Of a stretch of 64,000 bases of DNA, positions 1-9,070 are shown piece by piece. A model generated the notes under the pieces. It was not told the DNA's origin, ran no database searches, and saw only the letters and a list, made by a program, of their open reading frames with translations. A program made the position numbers and the translations under genes. The stretch is from Verrucomicrobiota bacterium (GTDB lineage: Bacteria > Verrucomicrobiota > Kiritimatiellia > SS1-B-03-39 > UBA6053): positions 139,296 to 203,295 of the forward strand of contig JAFIGD010000001.1 of the NCBI GenBank assembly GCA_020831625.1, in the 5' to 3' direction. How positions within the stretch are numbered: the stretch's first letter is position 1; the number at the start of each line of letters is the position of its first letter.

Positions 1-835
1 GGCACCGCGGACACACGCAAATCCAGCTCACGCCCCATCACATTAATTTGAATGCGCCCGTCCTGACACACCCGCTTTTCGGCGATCCGCATATTCGCCA
101 TGATCTTCAAACGCTGAATAATCGCCGACTGCAGCCGCTTCGGCGGACTGTCCACCTCCTGCAAGACCCCGTCAATCCGGTAGCGGACCCGCAGTTTTTT
201 CTCCATCGGCTCAATGTGAATGTCCGAAGCCCGCTTGCGGAATGCCTCGATAATAATCAAACTCACCAGTTTGATGATCGGCGCATCCTCCTCGGTCGTC
301 TCCTCGGAATCCCCGAACAGTTCCCGGGTTTCATCGGTCGCAATCCCGGAAATCGTCGCTTCGGTCAATTCCTGCAGCGCCGAACCGATCCGGCCGCCCC
401 CGCCCGCATAAAACAGATTAATCGCCGACTTGATCTCCTTCTTGGCGGCCACCACCGGCACCACATCATAGGGCAGCGAATACCGCAGGCTGTCAATCGT
501 GTCCAAATCCTGCGGATCCGCGATCGCCACCGTCAGCTCATTCCCCCGCTTCCACACCGGTATCACCATGTAGCGCCGGGCCAGCTCCGCCGGAATACAG
601 TCGATCACTTCCTGATCCACATCGATTTCACGCAGCGAAACCGTCTCCATTCCATACTGCTCGGCCATCACCTGCAGAATTTCCTGGGCGGTCACCATCC
701 CCGATTCCTCCAATACCTCCGTGACCGTCGAGTTCTTTTCCTTGACCAGATAGGCGGTTTTATCCGCGATCGCCTGATCAATCATCCCCGCTCTAAGCAG
801 GGTCTCCAGCGTATATTCATCATTCGGTGTCAAAA
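1..835 (-). CDS. Type II secretion / type IV pilus assembly ATPase (GspE/PilB family), N-terminal part only. The gene continues beyond the window start. The plus-strand ORF 48..851 is its shadow.
   Basis: The reverse-strand translation reads ...LETLLRAGMIDQAIADKTAYLVKEK...RKRASDIHIEPMEKKLRVRYRIDGVLQEV...RVCQDGRIQINV, which are classic GspE/PilB N1/N2-domain motifs (SDIHIEP, RIDGVL, QDGRI). The first ATG is at 785 and a TTG at 833-835 is the first possible start after an in-frame stop at 867-869; which is used is not determined. There is no stop before position 1. Confidence 0.65.
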
Positions 836-869
836 CGGTTCCTTGGATTAAAAAGATTGTCGAACATTA

Positions 870-891
870 AAAGCGGGCCGTCAATCGACGG
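870..891 (-). terminator. Weak candidate intrinsic terminator after gatB
   Basis: Minus-strand reading shows a short GC hairpin (ccgtc-gatt-gacgg, 878-891) followed by CTTTTAAT (873-866), just downstream of the gatB stop. The stem is only 5 bp. Confidence 0.2.
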
Positions 892-916
892 GTGGAACAC
901 AGCCTAGACCAATCGT

Positions 917-2353
917 TCACGGTTTCGCAAGCTTTTGTTTTAAAAGATCCAACACCATGGGCGGATTCGCCTTGCCGCGGCTCTTCTTCATCACCTGTCC
1001 CATCAGGAATTGTAAAGCAGATTCTTTGCCGCTCCTGTAATCATCCACCACTTTCCCGTTTTCGTCAATCACCTCGTTCACAAACCCCTCGATCGCCCCC
1101 GTGTCGCTCACCTGCGCCATGCCCCGGGCCTCGACAATTTTCGCGGGATCCCCGCCCTCCTTCAACATCACCGCGAACACCTCCTTGGCCTTGGTGCTGT
1201 TCAGGGTCCCCTTGTCCACCAGGGCGATCAGCGCGCTCAATCCGGCAGTCGGCACCGGGAAATCCCCGATCTCCAGATCCGACTCCGACAGCACCCGCAT
1301 CACCTCCGTCATCACCCAGTTGGCCGCCGCCTTGGGATTTTTCCCGGCCGCCGCCTCGAAATAATCCGCAATTCCCTTGTCCGCCACCAGCACGCCCGCG
1401 TCGTAATCCGACAGACCGTATTCCTCGACAAACCGCGCCTGCCGCTTCGCCGGCAATTCCGGCAATTCCGCCCGCCAGCCCTCGATCTCCGCCTCCGTCA
1501 GCCGAATCCGCGCCAGATCCGGATCGGGGAAATAGCGGTAATCATGCGCATCCTCCTTCGTCCGCATGGAGCGGGTCACCCCCTGCTCGTCATCCCACCG
1601 CCGCGTCTCCTGCACCAGCCGCTCCCCGGCACCCACCGCCTTGATCTGACGCCGCACCTCATACGCCAGCGCCCGGTGAACTCCCCGGAACGTGTTCATA
1701 TTCTTGATTTCCGCTTTCACCCCCAGCACATCCGCACCCGCCTCCGCCACACTCACATTGATGTCGCAGCGGATATTGCCCTCCTCCAGATTGCAATCGC
1801 TCACCCCCCCGTACTGCAGAATCCGTTTCAGCGCCGTCAAATACGCGAACGCCTCATCCTCGTTGTGCAGATCCGGCTCGGTTACAATCTCCATCAGCGG
1901 CGTGCCCGCCCGGTTGTAATCAATCCCGCTCGCCCCCCGCAAATGCGTCGACTTGCCCACATCCTCTTCCAGATGAATCCGGTTGATGCGGATAAAGCGC
2001 TTCACCCCGTTCACCTCGATCTCAATGCCCCCGCCCAGACACAGCGGCTGATCATACTGCGTGATCTGATAATTCTTCGGCATGTCCGGATAAAAATAAC
2101 TCTTCCGGTCATGTTTGCTCACTTGGGCGATTTCACAGCCCAGCAGCAGCCCTGTCATCACCGTTTTCCGCACCGCCTCCCGGTTCAACACCGGCAGCGA
2201 GCCCGGATATCCCAGACACACCGGACACACCAGTGTGTTCGGCGGCGCGTCCGACCGCACCGCGCAGCCGCACCAGATTTTCGTGTTCGTATTCAACTGA
2301 ACATGCGTCTCCAACCCGATGGTCGGAACCAGTTTCGATGCCGAAATACTCAT
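917..2353 (-). CDS. gatB: Asp-tRNA(Asn)/Glu-tRNA(Gln) amidotransferase subunit B
   Basis: 478 aa. The N-terminus reads GLETHVQLNTNTKIWCGC...PPNTLVCPVCLGYPGSLPVLN, the GatB signature. Its ATG overlaps the gatA stop (ATGA at 2350-2353). Confidence 0.95.
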   Translation of the reverse strand: MSISASKLVPTIGLETHVQLNTNTKIWCGCAVRSDAPPNTLVCPVCLGYPGSLPVLNREAVRKTVMTGLLLGCEIAQVSKHDRKSYFYPDMPKNYQITQYDQPLCLGGGIEIEVNGVKRFIRINRIHLEEDVGKSTHLRGASGIDYNRAGTPLMEIVTEPDLHNEDEAFAYLTALKRILQYGGVSDCNLEEGNIRCDINVSVAEAGADVLGVKAEIKNMNTFRGVHRALAYEVRRQIKAVGAGERLVQETRRWDDEQGVTRSMRTKEDAHDYRYFPDPDLARIRLTEAEIEGWRAELPELPAKRQARFVEEYGLSDYDAGVLVADKGIADYFEAAAGKNPKAAANWVMTEVMRVLSESDLEIGDFPVPTAGLSALIALVDKGTLNSTKAKEVFAVMLKEGGDPAKIVEARGMAQVSDTGAIEGFVNEVIDENGKVVDDYRSGKESALQFLMGQVMKKSRGKANPPMVLDLLKQKLAKP

Positions 2354-3828
2354 GCGCGCGCCCCCTCAATCACAGGTTTACGGGTGTGCCACTCCGTGGT
2401 GGACTCAAACGCGTGCCCCGCCCGGAGCAGCGAAACCTCATCAAACGCCGGCGCCAGCAGCTGCAATCCGACCGGCAGCCCGCCCGACGTGAAGCCACAG
2501 GGCACCGAAAGCCCCGACCCGCCCGCCAGATTCGTCGGAATCGTGCAGATATCCCCCTTATACATCGTCAGCGGATCATCCACTTCCTCCCCGATCCGGA
2601 ACGCCGCCGTCGGCGCCACCGGGGTCGCCAGCACATCGCACTGCGCGAACACCGTCCCAAAATCCCGCTGAATCAGTGCCCGCGCCTTCAACGCCTTCAC
2701 ATAATACGCGTCGTAATAGCCCGAACTCAGCACATACGTCCCCAGCAGAATCCGCCGTTTCACCTCCGGTCCGAACCCCGCCTCCCGCGTGCGCCGCATC
2801 AGCTCCACCGGATCCTCCGCGTCCCGCCGCGCCCCGTACCGCACCCCGTCAAACCGCGCCAGATTGGCCGACGCCTCCGCCGGCGCGATGATATAATACG
2901 CCGGCACCGCATACTTCAAATGCGGAAACGAGACCGGAACCACCTCCGCCCCCAGCGACACCAAATGATCTACTGCCGCCCGCACCGCCGCCTCCACCTC
3001 CGGATCCACCCCCACCCCGAAAAACTCCTCCGCCAACCCGATCCGCATACCCTTCACCTCCCCCGTCAGCGCCGCCCCGAAATCCGGAACCGCCACCCGC
3101 GCCGAGGTCGTGTCCCGCGCGTCATGCCCCGCAATCACCTGCAGCGTCGAGGCCGCGTCCGCCACCGATTTACTCAACACGCCCACCTGATCCAGCGAAC
3201 TCGCGAACGCCGTCAGCCCGAACCGGCTCACCCGCCCGTAGCCCGGCTTCAGCCCCACACAACCGCAAAACGCCGCCGGCTGCCGCACACTGCCCCCCGT
3301 GTCACTCCCCAGCGAAACCACCGCCGAATCCGCCGCCACCGCCGCCGCGCTTCCCCCGCTCGACCCGCCCGGCACCCGGTCCAAATCCCACGGATTCCGC
3401 GTCACCGCCAGCGCCGAATTCTCCGTCGACGCCCCCATCGCGAACTCATCCATGTTCACCCGGCCGAACAGCACCGCCCCCGCCTCCCGCAGCTTCGCCA
3501 CACAGGTCGCGTCATAGGGAGACACATACCCCTCCAGCAGTTTCGACGCGCACCGGCACGACTGCCCCTTCACATTCAGCAAATCCTTGATCGCCACCGG
3601 AATCCCCAGCAGAGCCCCCTTCTCCCCCGCCGCCCGCCGCCGGTCCGCCGCGTCCGCCTGCGCCAGCGCATCCTCCACATTCACCTCCACATACGCTTTC
3701 ACCAGTGGATCCACCGCTTCAATCCGCGCCGCCAACGCCGACACCACATCGCGCGACGAACAGGCCCCCGACACCATCAATCCCTGCAATTCCCCGACCG
3801 ATTTTTTGACAAGTTCTGACATATCCAT
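2350..3828 (-). CDS. gatA: Glutamyl-tRNA(Gln) amidotransferase subunit A (amidase signature family)
   Basis: 492 aa with the amidase signature GGSSGGSAAAVAA, and KDLLNVKG. It lies between gatC and gatB. Confidence 0.95.
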   Translation of the reverse strand: MDMSELVKKSVGELQGLMVSGACSSRDVVSALAARIEAVDPLVKAYVEVNVEDALAQADAADRRRAAGEKGALLGIPVAIKDLLNVKGQSCRCASKLLEGYVSPYDATCVAKLREAGAVLFGRVNMDEFAMGASTENSALAVTRNPWDLDRVPGGSSGGSAAAVAADSAVVSLGSDTGGSVRQPAAFCGCVGLKPGYGRVSRFGLTAFASSLDQVGVLSKSVADAASTLQVIAGHDARDTTSARVAVPDFGAALTGEVKGMRIGLAEEFFGVGVDPEVEAAVRAAVDHLVSLGAEVVPVSFPHLKYAVPAYYIIAPAEASANLARFDGVRYGARRDAEDPVELMRRTREAGFGPEVKRRILLGTYVLSSGYYDAYYVKALKARALIQRDFGTVFAQCDVLATPVAPTAAFRIGEEVDDPLTMYKGDICTIPTNLAGGSGLSVPCGFTSGGLPVGLQLLAPAFDEVSLLRAGHAFESTTEWHTRKPVIEGARA

Positions 3829-3831
3829 TTC

Positions 3832-4128
3832 CTATTCAATCATTTGCGGAACCCGAACCAACTGCTGGACCGCCCCCGGCGCATTCCGGATCATCTCCTC
3901 ATGCTCCAGCGAAGCCTCCACCACATCCTCCCGGAACACATTCTCCAACGGATGCGGATGCGACAACGGCTCCACGCCCTCGAAATCCAGCTCATCGAGC
4001 TGATGCACAAACGCCAGCACCTCGTCCAACTGCGACTGCAGCGCCGTCACCTCCGCCTCGTCCAGGTCGATCCGGGCCAGCTTCGCCACATACCGCACAT
4101 CAATATGATCCGTATCCGGTGTATTCAT
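3832..4128 (-). CDS. gatC: Glu-tRNA(Gln) amidotransferase subunit C
   Basis: 98 aa reading DVRYVAKLARIDLDEAEVTALQSQLDEVLAFV, a GatC-like sequence. It sits 3 nt upstream of gatA. Confidence 0.9.
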   Translation of the reverse strand: MNTPDTDHIDVRYVAKLARIDLDEAEVTALQSQLDEVLAFVHQLDELDFEGVEPLSHPHPLENVFREDVVEASLEHEEMIRNAPGAVQQLVRVPQMIE

Positions 4129-4486
4129 AGGGCCTTCCGCTACCGACAGAATCCCTTCAGGTCAAGCGCGCGAACCCTAAAACACCTTCGCCTTCAGCTT
4201 TACGGAAAACCCGTACCCCAAAGTATCCACGGATTTTCCATCGGACACCCGCCCGGCTCGGAATCACAACCCTGCCCGTGATCGGAATCACTTTGTTGGT
4301 ATGCATCGTGCTGATTTCCACCGTTTCCGGGACTCCACCGATTAGGAACACGATCCATGATCGAAATAAAGGGCCGGTTCAGTCAATGACCGACCCGGTT
4401 GAGAAAACCGCTTTCCTTTTTGGCTGGAGTCGCTAGGGAATTCCTCCTTCGTTTTATTCTAACCTCCATCCATAAGGAAATCATCC

Positions 4487-4954
4487 ATGAGCGAACAAAC
4501 CCCGCCCAAATCCATCCTCTCCGCCGAACTTGAAGTCATCGGCACCATCAAAACCTCCGGCTCCGTCCAGATCGACGGCCGCGTCGAAGGCGAAGTCATC
4601 TCCCAGGGCGATGTCTTCCTCGGAAAATCCGGTTCCGTCAAAGGCAACCTGAACGTCAATTCCATCAGCGTCGCCGGCACCATCCAGGGCAACATCATCG
4701 CCAAGGACCGCATCGAACTCAAATCCACCGCCCGCCTCATGGGCGATATCAAGGCCAAGCGCCTCGCGGTCGAAGACGGCGTCACCTTCGTCGGTAAATC
4801 CGAAGTCAACCCCACCGGTCAGCCGATCAAATTCGACGACACTCCGGCCAAACAGCCCGAAGCGTCCCAGGCGGATCAGGGCGGACAGTCCGGCGGCCAG
4901 CAGGGCGGACAGTCCGGCGGACAACAGGGCGGACAGGGCGGCAACCGCAAGTAA
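4487..4954 (+). CDS. Bactofilin (DUF583/CcmA-type cytoskeletal polymer) with a Gly/Gln-rich C-terminal tail
   Basis: 155 aa. It has beta-helical bactofilin repeats (IGTIKTSGSVQIDGRVEGEVISQGDVFLGKSGSVKGNLNVNSISVAGTIQGNIIAKDRIELKSTARLMGDIKAKRLAVEDGVTFVG) and a C-terminal (QSGGQQGG)n tail. Confidence 0.85.
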   Translation: MSEQTPPKSILSAELEVIGTIKTSGSVQIDGRVEGEVISQGDVFLGKSGSVKGNLNVNSISVAGTIQGNIIAKDRIELKSTARLMGDIKAKRLAVEDGVTFVGKSEVNPTGQPIKFDDTPAKQPEASQADQGGQSGGQQGGQSGGQQGGQGGNRK

Positions 4955-4969
4955 TCGGCGTATACGCCG

Positions 4970-5758
4970 ATGGCGTCCAAAAAAACCAAAGTCGTGGATG
5001 GATTCACGGCCATCCGCGCGGCCCAGGAGGCCGCCCCGCCTGGGCCTGGAGCCCCAATGCGCCCCGCTGCCCCCCAAAAACCCGCCCCCCCCCCCCCCCC
5101 CCCCCCCCCCCCAACCCGCGCCCGCATCGGCAAATCCGTGCTCCCCTCCAAGCGGGAAATCATCTGCCCCCAATGCGGCTACGTCTCCGAAGTCACCGGC
5201 AAACTCCAGCTCTTCGTCTGTCAGGGCTGCCGACACCGGATGAAACTCGACGATGTCACCCTCCCCGAGGGCGACTGGTCCGCAGAGATTGAAACCGGCG
5301 GCGATGTCACCGTTCCCGCCGGAACCATCCTCAAAGGCGGAAAAATCACCGCCAATGATATCCATCTGCACGGGAAAATGGAAGGCGCCGAACTCCGCGC
5401 CAGCCGCCGCATCCGCGTCCATAAAGGCGCAGTTATCGACTGGGTCCGCGCCAACTTCCGCGATCTGGAAATCGGCCCCGGCCTCAACATCACCCCCGGC
5501 AAACCCCTCGACGCCCGCAACATCGAACTCCACGGAGCCTTCTGCGGCAACCTCCGCCTCACCGGCACCCTCACGATTCATCCCCCCGGCGACTTCTCCG
5601 GTCAGGTCCGCGCCGCCGGCCTGACCGTCCACGAGGGCGGCGGCCTCCGCGCCTCGCTCGACATTAACCCCGAACACGCCCCGCCCCCGCAGCCGCCGCA
5701 ACCCAAATCCCCCAGCCGCCCCCTCCGCAAATCCCTCACCCCTCCGCCCAAACCATGA
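4970..5758 (+). CDS. Bactofilin-domain protein with an N-terminal proline-rich linker and a CxxC..CxxC zinc-ribbon
   Basis: 262 aa. It has a zinc ribbon (ICPQCGYVSEV...FVCQGCRHRM), a bactofilin-like repeat core (VTVPAGTILKGGKITANDIHLHGKMEG...IELHGAFCGNLRLTGTLTIH) and proline-rich termini. A poly-C tract encodes P9. Confidence 0.7.
   Translation: MASKKTKVVDGFTAIRAAQEAAPPGPGAPMRPAAPQKPAPPPPPPPPPTRARIGKSVLPSKREIICPQCGYVSEVTGKLQLFVCQGCRHRMKLDDVTLPEGDWSAEIETGGDVTVPAGTILKGGKITANDIHLHGKMEGAELRASRRIRVHKGAVIDWVRANFRDLEIGPGLNITPGKPLDARNIELHGAFCGNLRLTGTLTIHPPGDFSGQVRAAGLTVHEGGGLRASLDINPEHAPPPQPPQPKSPSRPLRKSLTPPPKP
5085..5112 (+). repeat. 28-nt homopolymeric C tract inside the bactofilin-like CDS, encoding a poly-Pro run
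   Basis: Counted directly: C at every position 5085-5112, followed by AA. It is in frame in this assembly (KPAPPPPPPPPPTRA). Confidence 0.9.
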
Positions 5759-7053
5759 TCCCGCCCGGCGCTCACGTCCACATCAGCGGGGTCGGCGGTG
5801 TCGGCATGAACGCCATCGCCCAGCTCCTCGCCGCCGACGGCTGCCGCGTCACCGGCTCCGACCGCTTCCTCGATCAGGGCACCCGCCTCCCCGTCTTCGA
5901 CGCCCTCGAAGCGCAGGGCGTCACCCTCGTCCCCCAGGACGGCTCCGCCCTCACCGCCGACACCGCCGCCCTCGTCATCAGCACCGCCGTCGAAGACACC
6001 AACCCCGAACGCCGCCGCGCCCGCGAACTCGGCATACCCGAACACCACCGCGCCGCGATCCTCGCCGACTTCGCCCGCCGCGGCCCCCAGATCGCCATCG
6101 CCGGCACCAGCGGCAAAACCACCTGCACCGGCTGGCTCGGCGTCGTCCTCGAACACTGCGGCCGCAACCCCAACGTCGTCAACGGCGGCGGCATCCTCAA
6201 CTGGAAATCCCCCGCCGCCCCCGGCAACGTCCGCCTCGGAGCCCCCGGCAACGAATGGGTCATCGAAGTCGACGAAAGCGACAAAAGCCTCCTCCGCTTC
6301 CACCCCGACACCGCCGTCATCACCAGCATCACCGCCGATCACCATTCCCTCGCCGACACCGTCGCCCTCTTCCGGCAGTTCGCGCAACAGGTGAAACACC
6401 ACCTCGTCTGCGGCCCCGGCGTGCGCCCCCACCTCGAAAACACCCCCGGCCTCACCGCCGAACTCCACGACATCGGCCCGCCTCTTCCCGTCCGTCACCC
6501 CGGCGAACACAACCGCGTCAACGCCGCCATCGTCGCCCGCCTCGCCGAATGCCGCGGAATCGACCCCGCCGCCGCCCGCAGCGCCCTTGATGCTTTTCAG
6601 GGGGTCGAACGCCGCCTCGAATCCCGCACCCCGCCCGGCGCCCGCCCCCGCGTGTTCGACGACTACGCCCACAATCCCGAAAAAATCGCCGCCGCCATCC
6701 GCGCCCTCCAGGAACCCGGCGAATCCCTCATCGTCCTCTGGCGTCCCCACGGCTTCGCCCCCCTCCGTCAAAACTTCGACGCCCTCGCCGCCGCCTTTGC
6801 CGACACCCTCCGCGCTCAGGATGAAGCCTGGATCCTCCCCGTCTTCTACGCCGGCGGCCTCGCCCCCAAAGGTATCGAAGGTGCCGACCTCGCCGACGCC
6901 ATTCAACAGCGCGGCACCAACGCCCGCGCCCTCGCGGACTATCCCGAAACCCTCGACCTCCGCCCCGGCCAAACCCTCCTCGTCATGGGCGCCCGCGACC
7001 CCGAACTTCCCGCCTTCGCCGGCCGCGTCGCCCGACACCTCCGCCAGCCGTGA
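5755..7053 (+). CDS. Mur ligase family protein (MurC / Mpl-like UDP-N-acetylmuramate ligase)
   Basis: 432 aa. The N-terminus reads HISGVGGVGMNAIAQLLAADGCRVTGSD, the P-loop reads IAIAGTSGKTTCT, and EVDESD is present; these match MurC/Mpl motifs. It shows ATGA start/stop overlap with the upstream bactofilin gene (5755-5758). Confidence 0.75.
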   Translation: MIPPGAHVHISGVGGVGMNAIAQLLAADGCRVTGSDRFLDQGTRLPVFDALEAQGVTLVPQDGSALTADTAALVISTAVEDTNPERRRARELGIPEHHRAAILADFARRGPQIAIAGTSGKTTCTGWLGVVLEHCGRNPNVVNGGGILNWKSPAAPGNVRLGAPGNEWVIEVDESDKSLLRFHPDTAVITSITADHHSLADTVALFRQFAQQVKHHLVCGPGVRPHLENTPGLTAELHDIGPPLPVRHPGEHNRVNAAIVARLAECRGIDPAAARSALDAFQGVERRLESRTPPGARPRVFDDYAHNPEKIAAAIRALQEPGESLIVLWRPHGFAPLRQNFDALAAAFADTLRAQDEAWILPVFYAGGLAPKGIEGADLADAIQQRGTNARALADYPETLDLRPGQTLLVMGARDPELPAFAGRVARHLRQP

Positions 7054-9059
7054 ACACCCCGGAGACCTTCTGGCTCTTCCCCGCCCTGCTTTGGTGCGCC
7101 GGGCTCCTCCTCCTCGCCCTCGCCCTCTGGCCCTGCACCGCCCGCCTCTTCGCCGGACTTCCCGACCGCGGCGCAAGCCTCGCCCTCCCCGGCGGCGTCT
7201 TCGTCTACCTCCTCGCCGCCCAGCTCCTCTGGCGCACCCGCCTGCTCACCCTCCACCCCGCCTGGATGGGCCTCCTCGTCCTCGCTCTCGGCACCCTCGG
7301 CTGGACCCGCTTCCCGCCCGCGCCGCTTCTTCCCGACCGCAAAGCACTCCGTCCCGCCCTCCTCGTCTTCACCCTCGCCTTCTTCTTCTGGGCCGGCGTC
7401 CGCGCCGCCGCCCCCGGCATCCACCACACCGAACAGCCCATGAACCTCATGTGGATGCGCGCGGCCATGACCGCCCACACCCCGCCCATTCCCGACGCCT
7501 GGTTCGGCGGCGCCCCCGCCACCTACTACGCCGAAGGCCACCAAATGCTCGCCTTCCTCGCCCACCTCTTCGGCACCCCCGCCGGCCTCGCCTACAACCT
7601 CGGTCAGGTCACCCTCTTCGCCCTCACCTGCACCCTCGCCTACGCCGCCGGAACCCACCTCCTCCCCGACGATCCCCGACCCGCCCGCACCGGAATCCTC
7701 GCCGTGTCCCTTCTCTTCATCTCCAACCCCGCTGGAGCCCTCCACGCCCTCGGGCGCGACCTCCCCCACGCCTGGTGGTGGAACAGCACCCGCATCCTGC
7801 GCGACGGCGACACTGAACTCATCACCGAATTCCCCTTCTTCAGTTTCTGGCTTGGCGACAACCACGCCCACCTCATCGGCCTCCCCGTCCTCCTCCTCTC
7901 CTTCATCGCCGCCCTGCAGCTTTACCAAAAGCGCCCCGCCGGATTCGCGGACGGATTTTTCACCGCCCTCCCCGCCGGGCTCGCCCTCATCTGGAGTCTA
8001 TGCGTCAACCCCTGGCAGGCCCCCACCGCCCTCGCCCTCCCCCTGCTCGCCCTCCTCCTTCATCCCTCCCGCACCCCGCCCAACCGCGCCGTGCTCGCCG
8101 GACTCCTCACCCCCCTTCTCCTCATTTCCCCTCTCACCGAAAGCACCCCCTTCCAGGGCATCGCCCTCAACACCTTCGGACTCCGCCCGCCCCTCGATCT
8201 CCTCAAACACTTCGGCTTCTTCCTCCCCGGACTCCTCCTCCGCCCCCGCAAACACCCCCTCCTCTTCGCCATCCTCCTCCTGGCCCTCGCCATGCTCCTC
8301 ACCCCCGAAATCGTCTACGCCCGCGACGCCTTCGGCACCCGCATGAACACCGTCTTCAAAGTCTACTACCAGGTCTGGCTCCTCCTCGCCCTCCTCGCCG
8401 CCGCCGGCCTCACACACCTCACACGTCACTCGTCACTCGTCATTCGTCACTCGTCATTCGTCACTCGTCATTCGTCACTCGTCACTCGTCATTCGTCACT
8501 CGTCACTCGTCATTCGTCATTCGTCATTCGTCACTCGTCACTCGTCATTCTCCTCGGTTTGCTCTATCCCCTCCGCCTCGCCCTCCCCGCCTGGAACCGC
8601 GCCCCCCGCACCCTCCACGCCGCCGCCGTCCTCCCCGCCGATCAGCGCGAACTCATCGACATCGCCGACCGCCTCATCCAGCCCGGCGACCGCATCCTCG
8701 AAGCCCCCGGCACCGCCTACGACCCCCATACCAGCCTCCTCGGCACCTGGACCGCCGGCCATACCCTCCTCGGATGGACCGGACACCAGGCCCAATGGCG
8801 TCCCGGCGCTCCACACCCTGACATCCTGCCCCTTTTCTCCGCCGATCCGGGAACCCTCCTCAACACCCACAACATCCGCTGGATTCTCATCGGCCCCGCC
8901 GAACGCGCCCTCACCACCCCCGAATGGCGCCGCCGGATCGAATCCCAAAGCCACACCCCCGTCCAAAACGCCACCTACCAGCTCCACCAACTCCGCAGAC
9001 TTGAAGACACCCTCCCCGCCGAAGCCCGGGTGGAGGACTCCATCGCGGATATTTTGTGA
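7050..9059 (+). CDS. Polytopic membrane protein of the DUF2298 (chlor_Arch_YYY) type, carrying an internal heptanucleotide-repeat-encoded (TRHSSLV)n insert
   Basis: 669 aa with a GTG start overlapping the Mur ligase stop. It has multiple TM helices. The motif HHTEQPMNLMWMRAAMTAHTPPIPDAWFGGAPATYYAEGH resembles the DUF2298 signature (TEKPMD...NYYYFGH). The family assignment is from memory. Confidence 0.5.
   Translation: MNTPETFWLFPALLWCAGLLLLALALWPCTARLFAGLPDRGASLALPGGVFVYLLAAQLLWRTRLLTLHPAWMGLLVLALGTLGWTRFPPAPLLPDRKALRPALLVFTLAFFFWAGVRAAAPGIHHTEQPMNLMWMRAAMTAHTPPIPDAWFGGAPATYYAEGHQMLAFLAHLFGTPAGLAYNLGQVTLFALTCTLAYAAGTHLLPDDPRPARTGILAVSLLFISNPAGALHALGRDLPHAWWWNSTRILRDGDTELITEFPFFSFWLGDNHAHLIGLPVLLLSFIAALQLYQKRPAGFADGFFTALPAGLALIWSLCVNPWQAPTALALPLLALLLHPSRTPPNRAVLAGLLTPLLLISPLTESTPFQGIALNTFGLRPPLDLLKHFGFFLPGLLLRPRKHPLLFAILLLALAMLLTPEIVYARDAFGTRMNTVFKVYYQVWLLLALLAAAGLTHLTRHSSLVIRHSSFVTRHSSLVTRHSSLVTRHSSFVIRHSSLVILLGLLYPLRLALPAWNRAPRTLHAAAVLPADQRELIDIADRLIQPGDRILEAPGTAYDPHTSLLGTWTAGHTLLGWTGHQAQWRPGAPHPDILPLFSADPGTLLNTHNIRWILIGPAERALTTPEWRRRIESQSHTPVQNATYQLHQLRRLEDTLPAEARVEDSIADIL
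8424..8549 (+). repeat. Heptanucleotide microsatellite CGTCA(C/T)T, 18 tandem copies (126 bp), inside the DUF2298 CDS
   Basis: Counted unit by unit. The C/T variant order is ACT,ACT,ATT,ACT,ATT,ACT,ATT,ACT,ACT,ATT,ACT,ACT,ATT,ATT,ATT,ACT,ACT,ATT. The unit length is not a multiple of 3, and the total of 126 bp keeps the frame. Confidence 0.9.
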
Positions 9060-9070
9060 GTGGATGCGGG

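Noticed and set aside
48-851. 267-aa plus-strand ORF
   Set aside because: It is an Arg/His/Leu-rich shadow frame of the minus-strand GspE/PilB gene. The opposite strand gives clean GspE motifs.
2233-3819. 528-aa plus-strand ORF
   Set aside because: It is an Arg/Pro-rich low-complexity shadow of gatA.
4129-4486. tRNA or small ORF (4157..4351) in the gatC-bactofilin intergenic region
   Set aside because: No cloverleaf-like or T-loop (GTTCRANYC) features were seen. The 64-aa ORF has no support and lies in a divergent promoter region.
5602-7176. 524-aa minus-strand ORF, and ORFs 6587..7816, 6939..7928 and 8000..8821
   Set aside because: They are Gly/Ala/Pro/Arg-rich translations of the antisense or off frames of the GC-skewed Mur ligase and DUF2298 genes. 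They have no motifs and are incompatible with the real genes.
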